From Leptospiraceae bacterium (GTDB taxonomy: Bacteria > Spirochaetota > Leptospiria > Leptospirales > Leptonemataceae), in assembly GCA_040217195.1 (NCBI GenBank), contig JAVJNR010000004.1, positions 640,001 to 704,000 on the forward strand: a stretch of 64,000 bases of DNA, in the 5' to 3' direction. Below are positions 31,790 to 42,162 of the stretch, piece after piece (position 1 is the stretch's first letter; every line of letters starts with the position of its first letter). Below the pieces are notes generated by a model. It had not been told where the DNA came from and searched no databases. It saw only the letters and a list, made by a program, of their open reading frames with translations. The position numbers and the translations under genes were made by a program.

Positions 31790-32539
31790 CTATTTTTTAC
31801 TTACCAGCCCTTTGAACGCTTCCAACAAATCAACCGGAAAGGGCAGGATAATGGTAGAAGCATTCTTCTGAGCCATATCGCTCATGGTTTGCAGATATCG
31901 CAACTGAAGTGCAGCCGGATTTTCGCTCATAACATTCGCTGCACCCAGGAGTTTCTCAGAAGCCTGTAGTTCACCCTCTGCATGGATTACCTTGGCCCTC
32001 CGCTCACGCTCGGCCTCGGCTTGCCTGGCAATGGCTCGAATCATACTTTCATCCAGGTCCACATGTTTGATTTCAACATTGGCAACCTTGATTCCCCAGT
32101 CTTCGGTCTGGGCATCGATAATTTCCTGAACATCATCGTTTAGCTTATCTCTTTCCGAAAGCATTTCATCCAGGTCATGTTTACCCAGAACAGATCTTAA
32201 AGTGGTCTGCGATAGCTGGCTTGTGGCACTATAATAGTCCTCCACCCGAATAATGGCCCGCTCAGGATCCACAACCCGGAAATAAAGCACTGCATTCACG
32301 CGAACCGTTACATTGTCCTTTGAAATAACATCCTGGCTGGGCACATCCAGAGTGATAATTCGCAAATCCACTCGTACCATTTTTTGAATTCCTGGTATTA
32401 CAATTACGATTCCCGGGCCCTTCACGGACTGGAACCGGCCAAGAAAGAACACCACTCCCCGCTGGTACTCAGGCAGAATTCGAATGGAAAGAACCAGGAA
32501 GCCCACGATCAGAGCTACTGGCAATATTACTGAGGTCAT
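31790..32539 (-). CDS. SPFH/stomatin-like (slipin) protein
   Basis: [33 protein letters not shown]. Confidence 0.95.
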   Translation of the reverse strand: MTSVILPVALIVGFLVLSIRILPEYQRGVVFFLGRFQSVKGPGIVIVIPGIQKMVRVDLRIITLDVPSQDVISKDNVTVRVNAVLYFRVVDPERAIIRVEDYYSATSQLSQTTLRSVLGKHDLDEMLSERDKLNDDVQEIIDAQTEDWGIKVANVEIKHVDLDESMIRAIARQAEAERERRAKVIHAEGELQASEKLLGAANVMSENPAALQLRYLQTMSDMAQKNASTIILPFPVDLLEAFKGLVSKK

Positions 32540-32579
32540 AAATCACTCCTTTCATTTCAACATGCTATTTTTGTTCAAA

Positions 32580-34127
32580 CTATGAATTCGCATCCAGGGG
32601 CTCCACGATAAGCTCCAGCCCTTCTGCACCCTTGACTCGCACCTTCTGGCCCTTTTCCAGAGAACTGTCGCATCTGGCCCACCATATTTCGCCGCCCATC
32701 CGCACTCTGCCACGACCGCGAAAATCGGAGGATACTTCAACGATTCGATCCATGAGATCCTCCCGGCCGGAAATGGACTTCTGCTTTCTCATTCGAACCA
32801 ATCTTGAAAGAACCCAGGCCAGGAATGCAGCCGCCAGAAAAGCCACGCCGCCAATTAGAGAAAGGGAAACAGATAGATTGTCCTCATCCATAAGTATTAC
32901 CGATCCTGCCACAAATGCAACAATGCCGCCGGTACCCAGCACTCCAAAACCAGGAACAAAGGCTTCTGCAACGATTAAGCCAAGTCCCAGTACCATCAAT
33001 CCCAGTCCTGCATAGTTGATTGGAAGCACTTGAAAGGCAAAGAGGGCCAGAAGCAGGGATATGGCTCCTATCACTCCTGGATAAATAGCACCTGGATTCG
33101 ACAGTTCAAAGATGATCCCATAAAAGCCAATGATCATCAAGAAGTAGGCAACATTTGGGTTCGCAATCACCGACAGTAAACGATGTCGCCAGTCTGGAGG
33201 AAATTCCAGATGTATTGCATCCTTTGTATTGAGTCGCAGGGACTCCTGGGCCATGCGAACTTCCCGGCCATGGGCCGCTTCCAGAAGCTGGTCCAGATCC
33301 CTGGCCACCAGGTCGATGACGTTTCTTTCCAGGGCTTCCCGTGCATTTATATTAACTGCCTTTCGCACAGCATCTTCCGCCCAGTCCGGATTTCGATTGT
33401 GGCGCTCTGCCAGGGCTCGTATATAAGCAACAGCATCTTCCAGAACCTTTCGTTCCATTGCGGTACTGCCCTTGCCGGGCTTATCACTTTCTTCTTTCTC
33501 CGGCTTTTCTGAAGGCTCCGGACTTCCAGGCATTCCACCCATTTGAACTGGCGTGGCCGAACCCAGGTGAGTGGATGGTGCCATCGCAGCCACATGACTG
33601 GCATAGAGCATATAGGTTCCAGCACTTGCGGCGCGTGCCCCTGCAGGACTTACATAGGTAATGACCGGTATCGGGGAGTTTAAGATTGCTTTAATAATGT
33701 CGCGCATTGAGGAACTGAGACCACCCGGTGTGTCCATTACGATAACGATTGCATTCACATCCTTTTCCCGGGCCTCTGCGAATCCTCTGAGCAAATAATC
33801 CGTGGTGGCTGGAGAAATAGCTCCTTCCACGTCCAGAATTAGAACACCGGGTCTCTGGTGTTCGGCTGTGGAAGGGCTGTCTTCTGTTGAATCATCGGCG
33901 GAGCCGGACCTATCCACTTCTTCGGTACAGCCCAGCGAAATTGAGCCTAGAAGAATGGAGAATATAAGGGCAGCACCGTAACCGGGCAGTCTTCGAAATG
34001 GAAGAAAATCGCAGTAGAATCCTGAATCGAACACATCCAGATCCTGAGCATATTCAGGAGCTTTGTCAACGTAGAAATTGAAAGAACGGAGAAGCCTGAA
34101 GCCACAGAACCTATTGGCGGGCAACAA
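32580..34127 (-). CDS. nfeD: NfeD membrane serine protease (true start probably downstream of 34127)
   Basis: DTPGG, RAASAG, TM block, C-terminal OB fold (GEIWWAR); adjacent to the SPFH gene. Confidence 0.9.
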   Translation of the reverse strand: MLPANRFCGFRLLRSFNFYVDKAPEYAQDLDVFDSGFYCDFLPFRRLPGYGAALIFSILLGSISLGCTEEVDRSGSADDSTEDSPSTAEHQRPGVLILDVEGAISPATTDYLLRGFAEAREKDVNAIVIVMDTPGGLSSSMRDIIKAILNSPIPVITYVSPAGARAASAGTYMLYASHVAAMAPSTHLGSATPVQMGGMPGSPEPSEKPEKEESDKPGKGSTAMERKVLEDAVAYIRALAERHNRNPDWAEDAVRKAVNINAREALERNVIDLVARDLDQLLEAAHGREVRMAQESLRLNTKDAIHLEFPPDWRHRLLSVIANPNVAYFLMIIGFYGIIFELSNPGAIYPGVIGAISLLLALFAFQVLPINYAGLGLMVLGLGLIVAEAFVPGFGVLGTGGIVAFVAGSVILMDEDNLSVSLSLIGGVAFLAAAFLAWVLSRLVRMRKQKSISGREDLMDRIVEVSSDFRGRGRVRMGGEIWWARCDSSLEKGQKVRVKGAEGLELIVEPLDANS

Positions 34128-34196
34128 GGACAGAAAGACCGAGAATACGTTTGGCCCTATAGTCTGTTTCTATCGAGAAATGGCTTCCTACAGGTG

Positions 34197-34973
34197 TCAG
34201 GGACAGAAAAGCACTTCTTTGATGAGCAGATCATCGTTATAAATAATGCCCTGGTTCATATCCTTGTGAGCATACAGACCGAAGTGCACCTGAGGTACAT
34301 CGCCGAATCCACTCACCGGTGCAGCAGAGACCAGGACGCCATCCTGATAGGCGCGTGCGAATCCATTTTCAGAATCCATGGAAAGACACAATCCAAGTTT
34401 CACCCATTGATTTTGAGGGAAAAAAAGGTCTGTACTCTGGTAGGTCCATTCCTTCTTCCCCACCGTCGGAACATGCATTAGATGAACTATACCTTCATAA
34501 CCCAGATTCACCAGGACTCCATCCCAGAAAGCGTCCTCCGTTCTGCGAGCTACCGTGATGAAGCTGAACCAGTGACCGCTGCCCGTTGGAATCACAATGT
34601 CCTGCAAATACACCTGCAATTCAATGTATACGAGACCGGTAAACGACCCACCTTCCAGTTTATGGAATTGCACAGTCGGGTAGGCTCGATGACTGTCGGC
34701 TGCTGTGGAATAGATCCAGCCTTTATGCGCACTGGTACCGGATACCAATCGTTCTGTACTTAATTCATGCGAAGCGGCGCTCTGGTAGTTCTGAGGTACT
34801 ATGTAGGAGCCATCAAACTCACTCAGCGATTCGAAACTTGTGCGAAACTCACGGCCAGAGAAGGCAAGTGCTAACAGGGCCGGGGCGTCCAGACCATCGG
34901 CACCAGATGCAGAGCAATTCACAAAAAAGAATCCAGGCCATATAATCGAAAGCGCCAAAGCGATTCGTTTCAT
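34197..34973 (-). CDS. Lipoprotein with beta-sandwich (ConA/polysaccharide lyase-like) domain
   Basis: FVNC lipobox; FPQNQWV, YQDG, IYNDDL pattern. Confidence 0.55.
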   Translation of the reverse strand: MKRIALALSIIWPGFFFVNCSASGADGLDAPALLALAFSGREFRTSFESLSEFDGSYIVPQNYQSAASHELSTERLVSGTSAHKGWIYSTAADSHRAYPTVQFHKLEGGSFTGLVYIELQVYLQDIVIPTGSGHWFSFITVARRTEDAFWDGVLVNLGYEGIVHLMHVPTVGKKEWTYQSTDLFFPQNQWVKLGLCLSMDSENGFARAYQDGVLVSAAPVSGFGDVPQVHFGLYAHKDMNQGIIYNDDLLIKEVLFCP

Positions 34974-35095
34974 TTAGTATATATCCCCGTACACTCAGTC
35001 AACTTCAACCGGTCAGACTTAAGATTCCGATTTCACCGGGCGAATGCATCGCATCCGTTCCATAAACAGGGCAAAGAGTTTTTTTTCTATCTTTT

Positions 35096-35566
35096 TCAGG
35101 GCAGCCGGTAGCTTGCATGGCAGGCTGTACAGCGGTTCATTAGTTCACCCAGTTCCCGGATAACCTCTCTATCGCTGGCATCGCTGCGAAGTGTGCGAGC
35201 CAGAGCATCGAATTCACGATGGGTTCCCAGCCCCAGCTCTTTCATAGGCACCGGAAGCTTGAGCAGGATGGTAGACTCTACAGCGGCCAGCTCATCTACC
35301 ATTCCCATTCCCACGCTTTCTGCGGCCACTGCAGCTTCTTCCCGATTCCCGTTTCCCAGAGCTACATGGATTTGTTGTGTAGCCTCCAGCAACTGTCGCA
35401 TCTCTTTAAGTAAGAATTGCTTTTCGCCGGCCGTAACATTGATAACCTGCCGACCGTCCGGTCCCATGCGAGCTACGCCAAATACAAAGAAGTAAGCAAA
35501 AACTCCAATAGTGACAAACCAGAGTGCTGCAAATCCAAAAGCTGCGACTTTATACTTATTTTTCAT
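35096..35566 (-). CDS. Membrane-anchored class II (c'-like) cytochrome c
   Basis: Helical protein with C-terminal CTACH. Confidence 0.8.
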   Translation of the reverse strand: MKNKYKVAAFGFAALWFVTIGVFAYFFVFGVARMGPDGRQVINVTAGEKQFLLKEMRQLLEATQQIHVALGNGNREEAAVAAESVGMGMVDELAAVESTILLKLPVPMKELGLGTHREFDALARTLRSDASDREVIRELGELMNRCTACHASYRLP

Positions 35567-35693
35567 TCTTCACATTCCTTTCGCTCTATAGCGGAGCTTT
35601 TTGGTTTATTTAGGTCTACATTTAAGCGCCTGATATATTCGAACAATGTCTCTTCGCAACACCAGCCTTCAGGCTATCGAAACTCTTCTTTCT

Positions 35694-37187
35694 CTAATCT
35701 CCATTCCAGCGGTAGGTAAGACCGAAATAGATACTCAGCACCCGGGTTTTCTTTTCAAACTGAAATAATGCCGGTCGAAGGGGCTCGGTCTGAAGCGCAT
35801 GACCCAGCCACCATTCCGAAAAAGGCACTCCATGCATTGTTCTGGGGAAGGAATACTGCAAAGCCACATCAAAACTGGAAGGCTGGTCAGCCTCGTCAAA
35901 GAACCAGCCCAATCCCAGGGATAAATGATGCTCCACTGTAGTTCCCAGTAAGGGACTCAGTCCCTGGTGGGTCTGTGGCGTGGCCCCATAGCTGTAACCT
36001 GCGCGCAATGCCAGGTCAGCCAGACGCCTTTCAATTCCAACACTGATGGCGGTTTGATCTCTCCATCGAAGATTCATTCGCAGGTATGGGCTTCTGGAGC
36101 CAATGGGCGTCATAGCCAGGGGTGCATCCAGAGTAAAGAGTAGACTGTTCATTGTGCTGGACCATAAAGTATGGCTAACGTCGGCCAATAGCCTGTAGGA
36201 GCCGGCTCGATATTCCAGACCAACAACGAAGCGGGCCGGCCATTCCATAAAGCGAGATACTCCAGCGTTTGAATCCGGGTTACTGTAAGAATCCACACGG
36301 ATGTTGCCATCCAGATTGAATCGACTGGATGAAGTAAACGAAGCGGCCAGCGTCCAATCCTGCCAATCGTAGCTCAGTCCCAGTTTCGCTCCCAGCGCCC
36401 AGGCAGAGTCAGAGCGATAATGAATACCCCCTGGAAGCAATGCATCGGTTTGCAGGTGATTGTAGGCGCGATCCATTCGCTTGGTTGCATGAACTACATC
36501 AATGCCCAGACCCAGGCTTAAAGAACCCATGCGATAGGCAATGGCAGGCGTGGCTTTAAGGATTGCAAATCGAACATTAATGTCTTCTCCTGCCAGCCCG
36601 TTCTGACTGCCAGCCACCGAATTAGCATCCACGCCATCTGAACGAGCCTCTGCCGCAGGATAGGGCCGTAACATATTTTCAAAACCGGCTCCTCCACCGC
36701 CCTGGGCATAGACTGCAAAGCCAATACTAATCTTTTCGCCCCCGAAACCATACCCAAGAGCTGGCAACGGTGCCACCGGACGAAATGTTCGATCGTTGCT
36801 ATAATAGGTGCCGGTCTGAGGATCTAGATATTTATCCCGGTAATCGATGGTTGCCTGGTTCACTGCAAGACTTGCCTGAAAGGAATGGCCCTTTATCCTG
36901 GTAAGCATGGCTGGGTTTTCCTCCACAACCAGGGGAGAGCCGTACATGCCATAAAATGCCCCGGCCACTCCCGCCTGATCCGCCCCAAAGGCCGGAAGCC
37001 AGATGCCATGAAATGCCTCCACAGACGTTGTTGAGAATAAGAAGAAAACAGAAAGGGTTATAGTCCCTGAAATCCGGATTGCCAGACCAGGAAATGAGGT
37101 GCCCGACCCAGTCTCACTCGCTAAACGACTACCGGACCCACCGCGGTGCAGTCGGGTATATCGCAATTCCCGCTCAGATTTCCTCAT
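35694..37187 (-). CDS. FadL/OmpP1-like outer-membrane transporter
   Basis: GVAGA...NPAML N-terminal motif, beta-strand pattern, LRAGYSYG. Confidence 0.75.
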   Translation of the reverse strand: MRKSERELRYTRLHRGGSGSRLASETGSGTSFPGLAIRISGTITLSVFFLFSTTSVEAFHGIWLPAFGADQAGVAGAFYGMYGSPLVVEENPAMLTRIKGHSFQASLAVNQATIDYRDKYLDPQTGTYYSNDRTFRPVAPLPALGYGFGGEKISIGFAVYAQGGGGAGFENMLRPYPAAEARSDGVDANSVAGSQNGLAGEDINVRFAILKATPAIAYRMGSLSLGLGIDVVHATKRMDRAYNHLQTDALLPGGIHYRSDSAWALGAKLGLSYDWQDWTLAASFTSSSRFNLDGNIRVDSYSNPDSNAGVSRFMEWPARFVVGLEYRAGSYRLLADVSHTLWSSTMNSLLFTLDAPLAMTPIGSRSPYLRMNLRWRDQTAISVGIERRLADLALRAGYSYGATPQTHQGLSPLLGTTVEHHLSLGLGWFFDEADQPSSFDVALQYSFPRTMHGVPFSEWWLGHALQTEPLRPALFQFEKKTRVLSIYFGLTYRWNGD

Positions 37188-37256
37188 GAATGAAATCCTC
37201 CGAACGAAACTGTGACATTGTCTGGCTATTGACTTCGGGATAGTTCCATTGTTTTG

Positions 37257-37385
37257 CGTATGATTGCACGGATAAACCCTGGTCTGGGAAGACTGTGGCT
37301 GGAGCAGACCATTGGTGGCTCATGCCAGACCCTTCTGAGACTGAGTCTCAGTCCAGATCTGGTCCGTGCAGGGTCAAGTCATACG
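37257..37385. other. Multi-stem inverted-repeat element; candidate structured RNA
   Basis: CGTATGA/TCATACG, TGCACGGA/TCCGTGCA, GGTCTGG/CCAGACC, plus internal palindromes. Confidence 0.45.
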
Positions 37386-37401
37386 GCAATTTTTTTGCGC
37401 G

Positions 37402-37436
37402 AAACATAAAGCTCCCTGTCACCGAGGCCAGGGAGC
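37402..37436 (-). terminator. Terminator after the S1P lyase-like gene
   Basis: GCTCCCTG...CAGGGAGC followed by TTTATGTTT on the minus strand. Confidence 0.65.
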
Positions 37437-37481
37437 ACTTGCAGTCCTTGATTCAGATTAATTGCGAAACCAGAAATTGGA

Positions 37482-38933
37482 TTATCTGGATTGCATTTCT
37501 TTCTTGCGCTGGCGATCTACAATCCACTGAACAATTTTTTCTGTGAAGCTTCGTTTCTGAGTTCCGGCCTCATCTGAAACAGTCATATCATTCTGTTCCA
37601 GATCCAGATCCTTGCCGGAAATGCAGTAGGTAGAAGCAAACATTTTACGCACTTCATTTCTGACCATTTTGCGAAAGGGTGCATGGGCCAGCATTCCATA
37701 GGTTGCCGCCTGACCGCTCCTGGAAAGCTCCGGATGCTCCTTCGCATACTCCACACTTTCCTGTAGATCCTGCAGATATTTATCCACAACGTTCAAATGC
37801 TCAGGAGTCACCATTGCATGCAGAGCATCCGGCTTTTGAAGTCGATCGATGTACCAACCTTTCTTTTCCATTAAATCGGCCACTGCGAACATATCTACGG
37901 CCGGATCCGAAGAGCGATAGGCAAAGAGAGTTGCTTTTGGGTCTGCGATGATGGTTAAACCTATTTTGCGAATTCCTTCTTTTAACGCATCCGTGGCCTG
38001 CATGGCTTTTCGCGCCAGCTCCATATACCCCTGCTCTCCCTGAGCCTGCAAAGCAGCGTAGGCTGCAGCATAGGCCCCGCCCGGACGAGTGCCCAGCAAT
38101 GCAGGGGATGCAAAAATTCCGCCCGGCCAGTTCTCATATACAAAGACCTGATGATTAAAATGCTTCTGATGACGGTAAAGTATGCTGGAAGCCCCTTTTG
38201 CTGCGAATCCGTACTTATGAATATCTGCCGAAATAGATGTAACTCCTGGAATGCGAAAATCAAACTCAGGAATATCATGACCCAGCTTTTCCATGAATGG
38301 AAGTAGAAAACCGCCCACGCAGGCATCCACATGCAATGGAATCCTCTTTTTCTCAGCCAGTTCGCCCAGTTCTTTAATTGGATCAATCATACCGTGAGGA
38401 TATTCCGGAGCACTTCCCAGAAGCATAATTGTATTTCGATTAACCTTTCTCTTCATGGCCTCCACATCGGCACCACCGCCAGGGAGCGCAGGAACACGAT
38501 GCAATTTGATCCCAAAGTACTCCGCCCCTTTTAGCCAGGCTACGTGAGCGGTATCCGGGACTACCATTTCTGGTTTGCGTATTCCTTTTTCTGCTCTGGC
38601 AAAATCCCGGTAGGTTTTAACTGCCAGCAGGCAGCTTTCGGTGCCGCCAGACGTAACCACGCCGCAAACCTGGTCATCGCCGTGTAATATTCCGGCCACC
38701 ATTGAGATGATTTTCTTCTCCAGCTGTTTGAGACTCTTGAAAGCTCCTGGATTCAGTCCATTCGCCGAAAAGAATAGATGATATGCCTCATTCAAGAAGG
38801 ACGTGTAATCTTCGCCCAGGTAATATACCAGACTCCAGAGCTTTCCATCTTTGTAGTCCGGATCCAGGCTTCGCATACCTTTTAGCTCTTCCAGTATCTC
38901 TTCAGTTGCTCTTCCAGTTTTATTTAGTTCCAT
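37482..38933 (-). CDS. PLP-dependent sphingosine-1-phosphate lyase-like enzyme
   Basis: TSGGTES, HVDACVGGF, SISADIHKYG, GTRPG. Confidence 0.85.
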   Translation of the reverse strand: MELNKTGRATEEILEELKGMRSLDPDYKDGKLWSLVYYLGEDYTSFLNEAYHLFFSANGLNPGAFKSLKQLEKKIISMVAGILHGDDQVCGVVTSGGTESCLLAVKTYRDFARAEKGIRKPEMVVPDTAHVAWLKGAEYFGIKLHRVPALPGGGADVEAMKRKVNRNTIMLLGSAPEYPHGMIDPIKELGELAEKKRIPLHVDACVGGFLLPFMEKLGHDIPEFDFRIPGVTSISADIHKYGFAAKGASSILYRHQKHFNHQVFVYENWPGGIFASPALLGTRPGGAYAAAYAALQAQGEQGYMELARKAMQATDALKEGIRKIGLTIIADPKATLFAYRSSDPAVDMFAVADLMEKKGWYIDRLQKPDALHAMVTPEHLNVVDKYLQDLQESVEYAKEHPELSRSGQAATYGMLAHAPFRKMVRNEVRKMFASTYCISGKDLDLEQNDMTVSDEAGTQKRSFTEKIVQWIVDRQRKKEMQSR

Positions 38934-39234
38934 ATTTCTTCCTCAATTTTGTCTTAGATGATTCGGTATTCAGTTCTTTCTCAATTCAAAATGTTTGCTG
39001 CCCCGGGATCGTTTAGGTGTTGTCAGATTCGCAAGCGAATCGCCATGCAGCGCTCAGACCGTCCGATTAAAAACCGGTCCCTTCTTCGCGGTCAAAATGG
39101 GTTGATAGATCATGACGTGGAGGACAAAGTCATTAAATGCAGATAACCTCCTGAAAGGGTTAATTCTGTAAATGGTCCGCTACTGTTTTCGCTGCAGCCA
39201 GATTGGTCGTTCCTCCTTGCAGGTCGTTAGAGTC

Positions 39235-40548
39235 TCAGGGCCCGCTGGCTATCGCCTTGAGCAAATAGGCTATGGAGATTCCCAGATAGTTGCCGATTCC
39301 ATAGCCCAGAATTCCGGTGGTCAAACCAGGAACGATTAGCTGTCGATTCTTTAATGCTGAGGCCACTACAGGTACGAAAGGAGGAGAACAAATCGCGGAG
39401 GAGGAGATTACCAGAAATGTATCTACGTCTATCCCGGCCCAGCGGCAGAATAAGGAATGGAGCAATAGACTGCCAATCACTGCACCGGCGATAAAGATAA
39501 TTACTGCAGGATCTATATTCAGTAACCCGGCCACGTCAGTAAGCGATGCCACAGAGACGCAAAATACCAGTATAATGTACATTCCCACTGAAAATGTCTT
39601 TCGAATGTTGCGAATCGTTGGAACAAAGGAAGCGGCTATACCCAGACTGGTTATAGAAAGAATGGTTATGGCAGGAGCTGCATTCTTAGAAAACAGAGAA
39701 CCCAGAAATACGCTCAATCCAACAATGGCAACGGATAGCAATAAAGCGGCCAGTAGCGGCGGCCATACCCGAGGATATATCAAACTGCCATAGTCCTCCA
39801 CTCCCACCGGGCGATCATCGCTTTCGTATGCTTCAGCGATTTCTATAGCTTCCGTAGATTCGTTTTCTCTTTCCGGGGTTGCGACCGTTGAGTTCTTCTG
39901 TTTTGGCTGAAGCCCTCCGGATGATGCTTCTCCACCGGCAGACTGGTTCGATGACGATTGCCCGGACTCTCCATGGTTGCCCTGGATATCGAATGGTTTC
40001 AAGAATCGTCCGAAAAGAGGTCTTGCCAGAGAGAATACAAAAAGCAGATAGAAAAGACCCATCAAGGTGTCGTATGTATGGAATTTAATGTAGAGGTCGT
40101 CCGGTATGAGAAGTGCCGTTTTGACCGCAGCCAGATTAGGCGTCCCTCCGGTATATACGGCCACTGCCATGGCAGCTAATTGATCGCCCTGATCGGTAAG
40201 CCCCTGTAAACTAAAGAATAACAAGGTAGCGACCATCACCACTGATAATCCTGCCAATAGCATGGCCAGCAGGGACTTTCCGGCCAGACGAAATACGGAA
40301 GGCACATCCATGGAGAAAAGCAACATTGGAAGGGCCAGAGCTACTGTAGCTTCTGAAAGTCCTTTCTGGAGATGAAGTGTTTCGGATCCGGTGAGCCCGG
40401 AGTTACCCAGAATAGCGCCCACCAGGTAACATAGAATCACCACACCGATTTTTTTTAGAAATTCGATTCGAGAGCTGAGATAGATCAGCACAGCCGGGCA
40501 AAGAATCAATACCAGACCTATAGTCAGGACTTTTCCATCCATGAACAC
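39235..40548 (-). CDS. DUF819 family membrane protein
   Basis: YTGGTPN, multiple TM segments, GILGYGIGNYLG. Confidence 0.8.
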   Translation of the reverse strand: MFMDGKVLTIGLVLILCPAVLIYLSSRIEFLKKIGVVILCYLVGAILGNSGLTGSETLHLQKGLSEATVALALPMLLFSMDVPSVFRLAGKSLLAMLLAGLSVVMVATLLFFSLQGLTDQGDQLAAMAVAVYTGGTPNLAAVKTALLIPDDLYIKFHTYDTLMGLFYLLFVFSLARPLFGRFLKPFDIQGNHGESGQSSSNQSAGGEASSGGLQPKQKNSTVATPERENESTEAIEIAEAYESDDRPVGVEDYGSLIYPRVWPPLLAALLLSVAIVGLSVFLGSLFSKNAAPAITILSITSLGIAASFVPTIRNIRKTFSVGMYIILVFCVSVASLTDVAGLLNIDPAVIIFIAGAVIGSLLLHSLFCRWAGIDVDTFLVISSSAICSPPFVPVVASALKNRQLIVPGLTTGILGYGIGNYLGISIAYLLKAIASGP

Positions 40549-40579
40549 GTATCTCCTGGCCTTTCTGATGAATGGCCGT

Positions 40580-40617
40580 TTTTCACTATGCTGAAAACTA
40601 TTTCACTACCGTGAAAT
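40580..40617. promoter_or_regulatory. Tandem TetR-type operators
   Basis: TTTTCA-ctatgc-TGAAAA and ATTTCAC-tacc-GTGAAAT, 20 bp apart, between the divergent DUF819 and tetR genes. Confidence 0.7.
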
Positions 40618-40653
40618 TTCTTGCAAGCAGAAAAGTACACGTTTTTATGCAAT

Positions 40654-41301
40654 ATGGAAAAAACAAGGGTGGCCCGAGCCAGGCAGCAGAGACGGGAAAT
40701 GATCCTGGATGAAGCTCAGAGAATCGCCTTTGAAAGAGGCTTTGATTCGCTAACAATCGGAGATCTTGCCTCGGCAGCGGACTACACCAAGAGAGCTGTA
40801 TACTTCTATTTCAAAGATAAGGATGAGATATTCTTTGCTCTTGTTGCCCGGGGCCAGAAGCTACTCAAGGCTGCCCTGGAAGATGTGCAATCTCGCCAGT
40901 TACTGGGCCCCGCCGGAGCTCAGGCTTTCGGAGATTGTTTCTTTCAATTCTCTATCGCCCATCCAGAGTACTTTTCTCTTTTAATGGAATACGAAAGCAA
41001 AAGGCACCGCTATGAAATGGGCAGGACAGAAGAATCAAGAGCCTGGGCGAAATGTCAGAATCTCTCTCTGGACTGTGGGGACATTCTGGAAAGATGGATG
41101 GAGCAGGAGATATCCAGCGGGCGGCTAAAGACTTCCTTGTCTGCCAGACAGTTGATGCTTAGCTTCTGGGCGCAAACCTATGGAATTATGCAGATTATTC
41201 TAATGCGTCAGGATGGATTTGAAGAAGTCTACGATCTGTCCGAAAGGGCTTTCTTTGATGCGTACATGGAGGGAATTGTAAGAGCTTACTGGGATAGTTG
41301 A
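40654..41301 (+). CDS. TetR/AcrR family regulator
   Basis: GFDSLTIGDLA...YFYFKDKDEI. Confidence 0.92.
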   Translation: MEKTRVARARQQRREMILDEAQRIAFERGFDSLTIGDLASAADYTKRAVYFYFKDKDEIFFALVARGQKLLKAALEDVQSRQLLGPAGAQAFGDCFFQFSIAHPEYFSLLMEYESKRHRYEMGRTEESRAWAKCQNLSLDCGDILERWMEQEISSGRLKTSLSARQLMLSFWAQTYGIMQIILMRQDGFEEVYDLSERAFFDAYMEGIVRAYWDS

Positions 41302-41451
41302 ACCGAAGTCGATGGATCGGAAAAAGAGAATAGCCAGTCGAAAGGATGCTATTTCCAGGAAGCCTTCCATTTCCTTTTCGAGGTTCTTACCGGTTCGAAC
41401 CAAAACCGGACTCCGGCCGCCTGCCGTCTCGGAGTCCAGCGTCAATCATAG

Positions 41452-42132
41452 TCAATTGGTCAGTTGTTGTGCCACTGCAGTGATAGCTTCAATGGAAGTG
41501 TTCAACCGGTCTTTTCTATGGACCGGCTCACCTTTCTCATTGAGCATCAGTAGAGTTGTGGAATGAGTAAAATGACCGTCCGGAGTCTGTCTAAACTGAA
41601 AACCAATGGCCGCAGCAAGCAATCGGGCCTCGGTTTCTGTACCGTTTAACAGATGCCAGTTTCCTTCCAGCTTCATTTTCTTCTGAAACTCCTTCAGGAC
41701 GTCCGGTGTATCGTTCGTCGGGTCGATGCTTACCGCAACAAGATGCAAGTTCTCTTTCTGCGAATCGCTCAAAGATTCATTGATTCTTTGCATATCAGTA
41801 GCCATCCGAGGACAGATCATCTTACATCTAGTATAGATCATAGAAAGTAGCACTGGCTTTCCTTCTAAATCTTTCAGCCGCATTTCAGAACCGTTTTGAT
41901 CAGTCCATACAGTATCTATCTGATATATGGAAGGTCCCAGAGGTTCCGGTGGCTTCTCATTGCACCCGGCGAATAGAAATAGAGAGACTATCAGAGGTAC
42001 TATCGCTGCTGCCACAGACGGTAGCATTATTCTACTCTGGCCTTCTTTTGACTGATGGACAGTCCCTGACTCCTTCCAGAAGGGGCCTTTCTCTTTAATC
42101 CGTTGTTCTGACGGTTTGCTTTCTGCTTTCAT
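41452..42132 (-). CDS. SCO family copper chaperone
   Basis: YTRCKMICP, SIDP..DTP, FTHS. Confidence 0.9.
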   Translation of the reverse strand: MKAESKPSEQRIKEKGPFWKESGTVHQSKEGQSRIMLPSVAAAIVPLIVSLFLFAGCNEKPPEPLGPSIYQIDTVWTDQNGSEMRLKDLEGKPVLLSMIYTRCKMICPRMATDMQRINESLSDSQKENLHLVAVSIDPTNDTPDVLKEFQKKMKLEGNWHLLNGTETEARLLAAAIGFQFRQTPDGHFTHSTTLLMLNEKGEPVHRKDRLNTSIEAITAVAQQLTN

Positions 42133-42162
42133 ATTGTCCTCCCGAACAAACTAATCATTGAG

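Noticed and set aside
37281..37331. Cobalamin riboswitch (GGGAAG...GCCAG)
   Set aside because: Other conserved elements such as CCCGCAACTGT and GCCACTG are missing
37448..37461. FNR-like box TTGAT-TCAG-ATTAA
   Set aside because: No -10 at class II spacing; a terminator hairpin lies directly downstream
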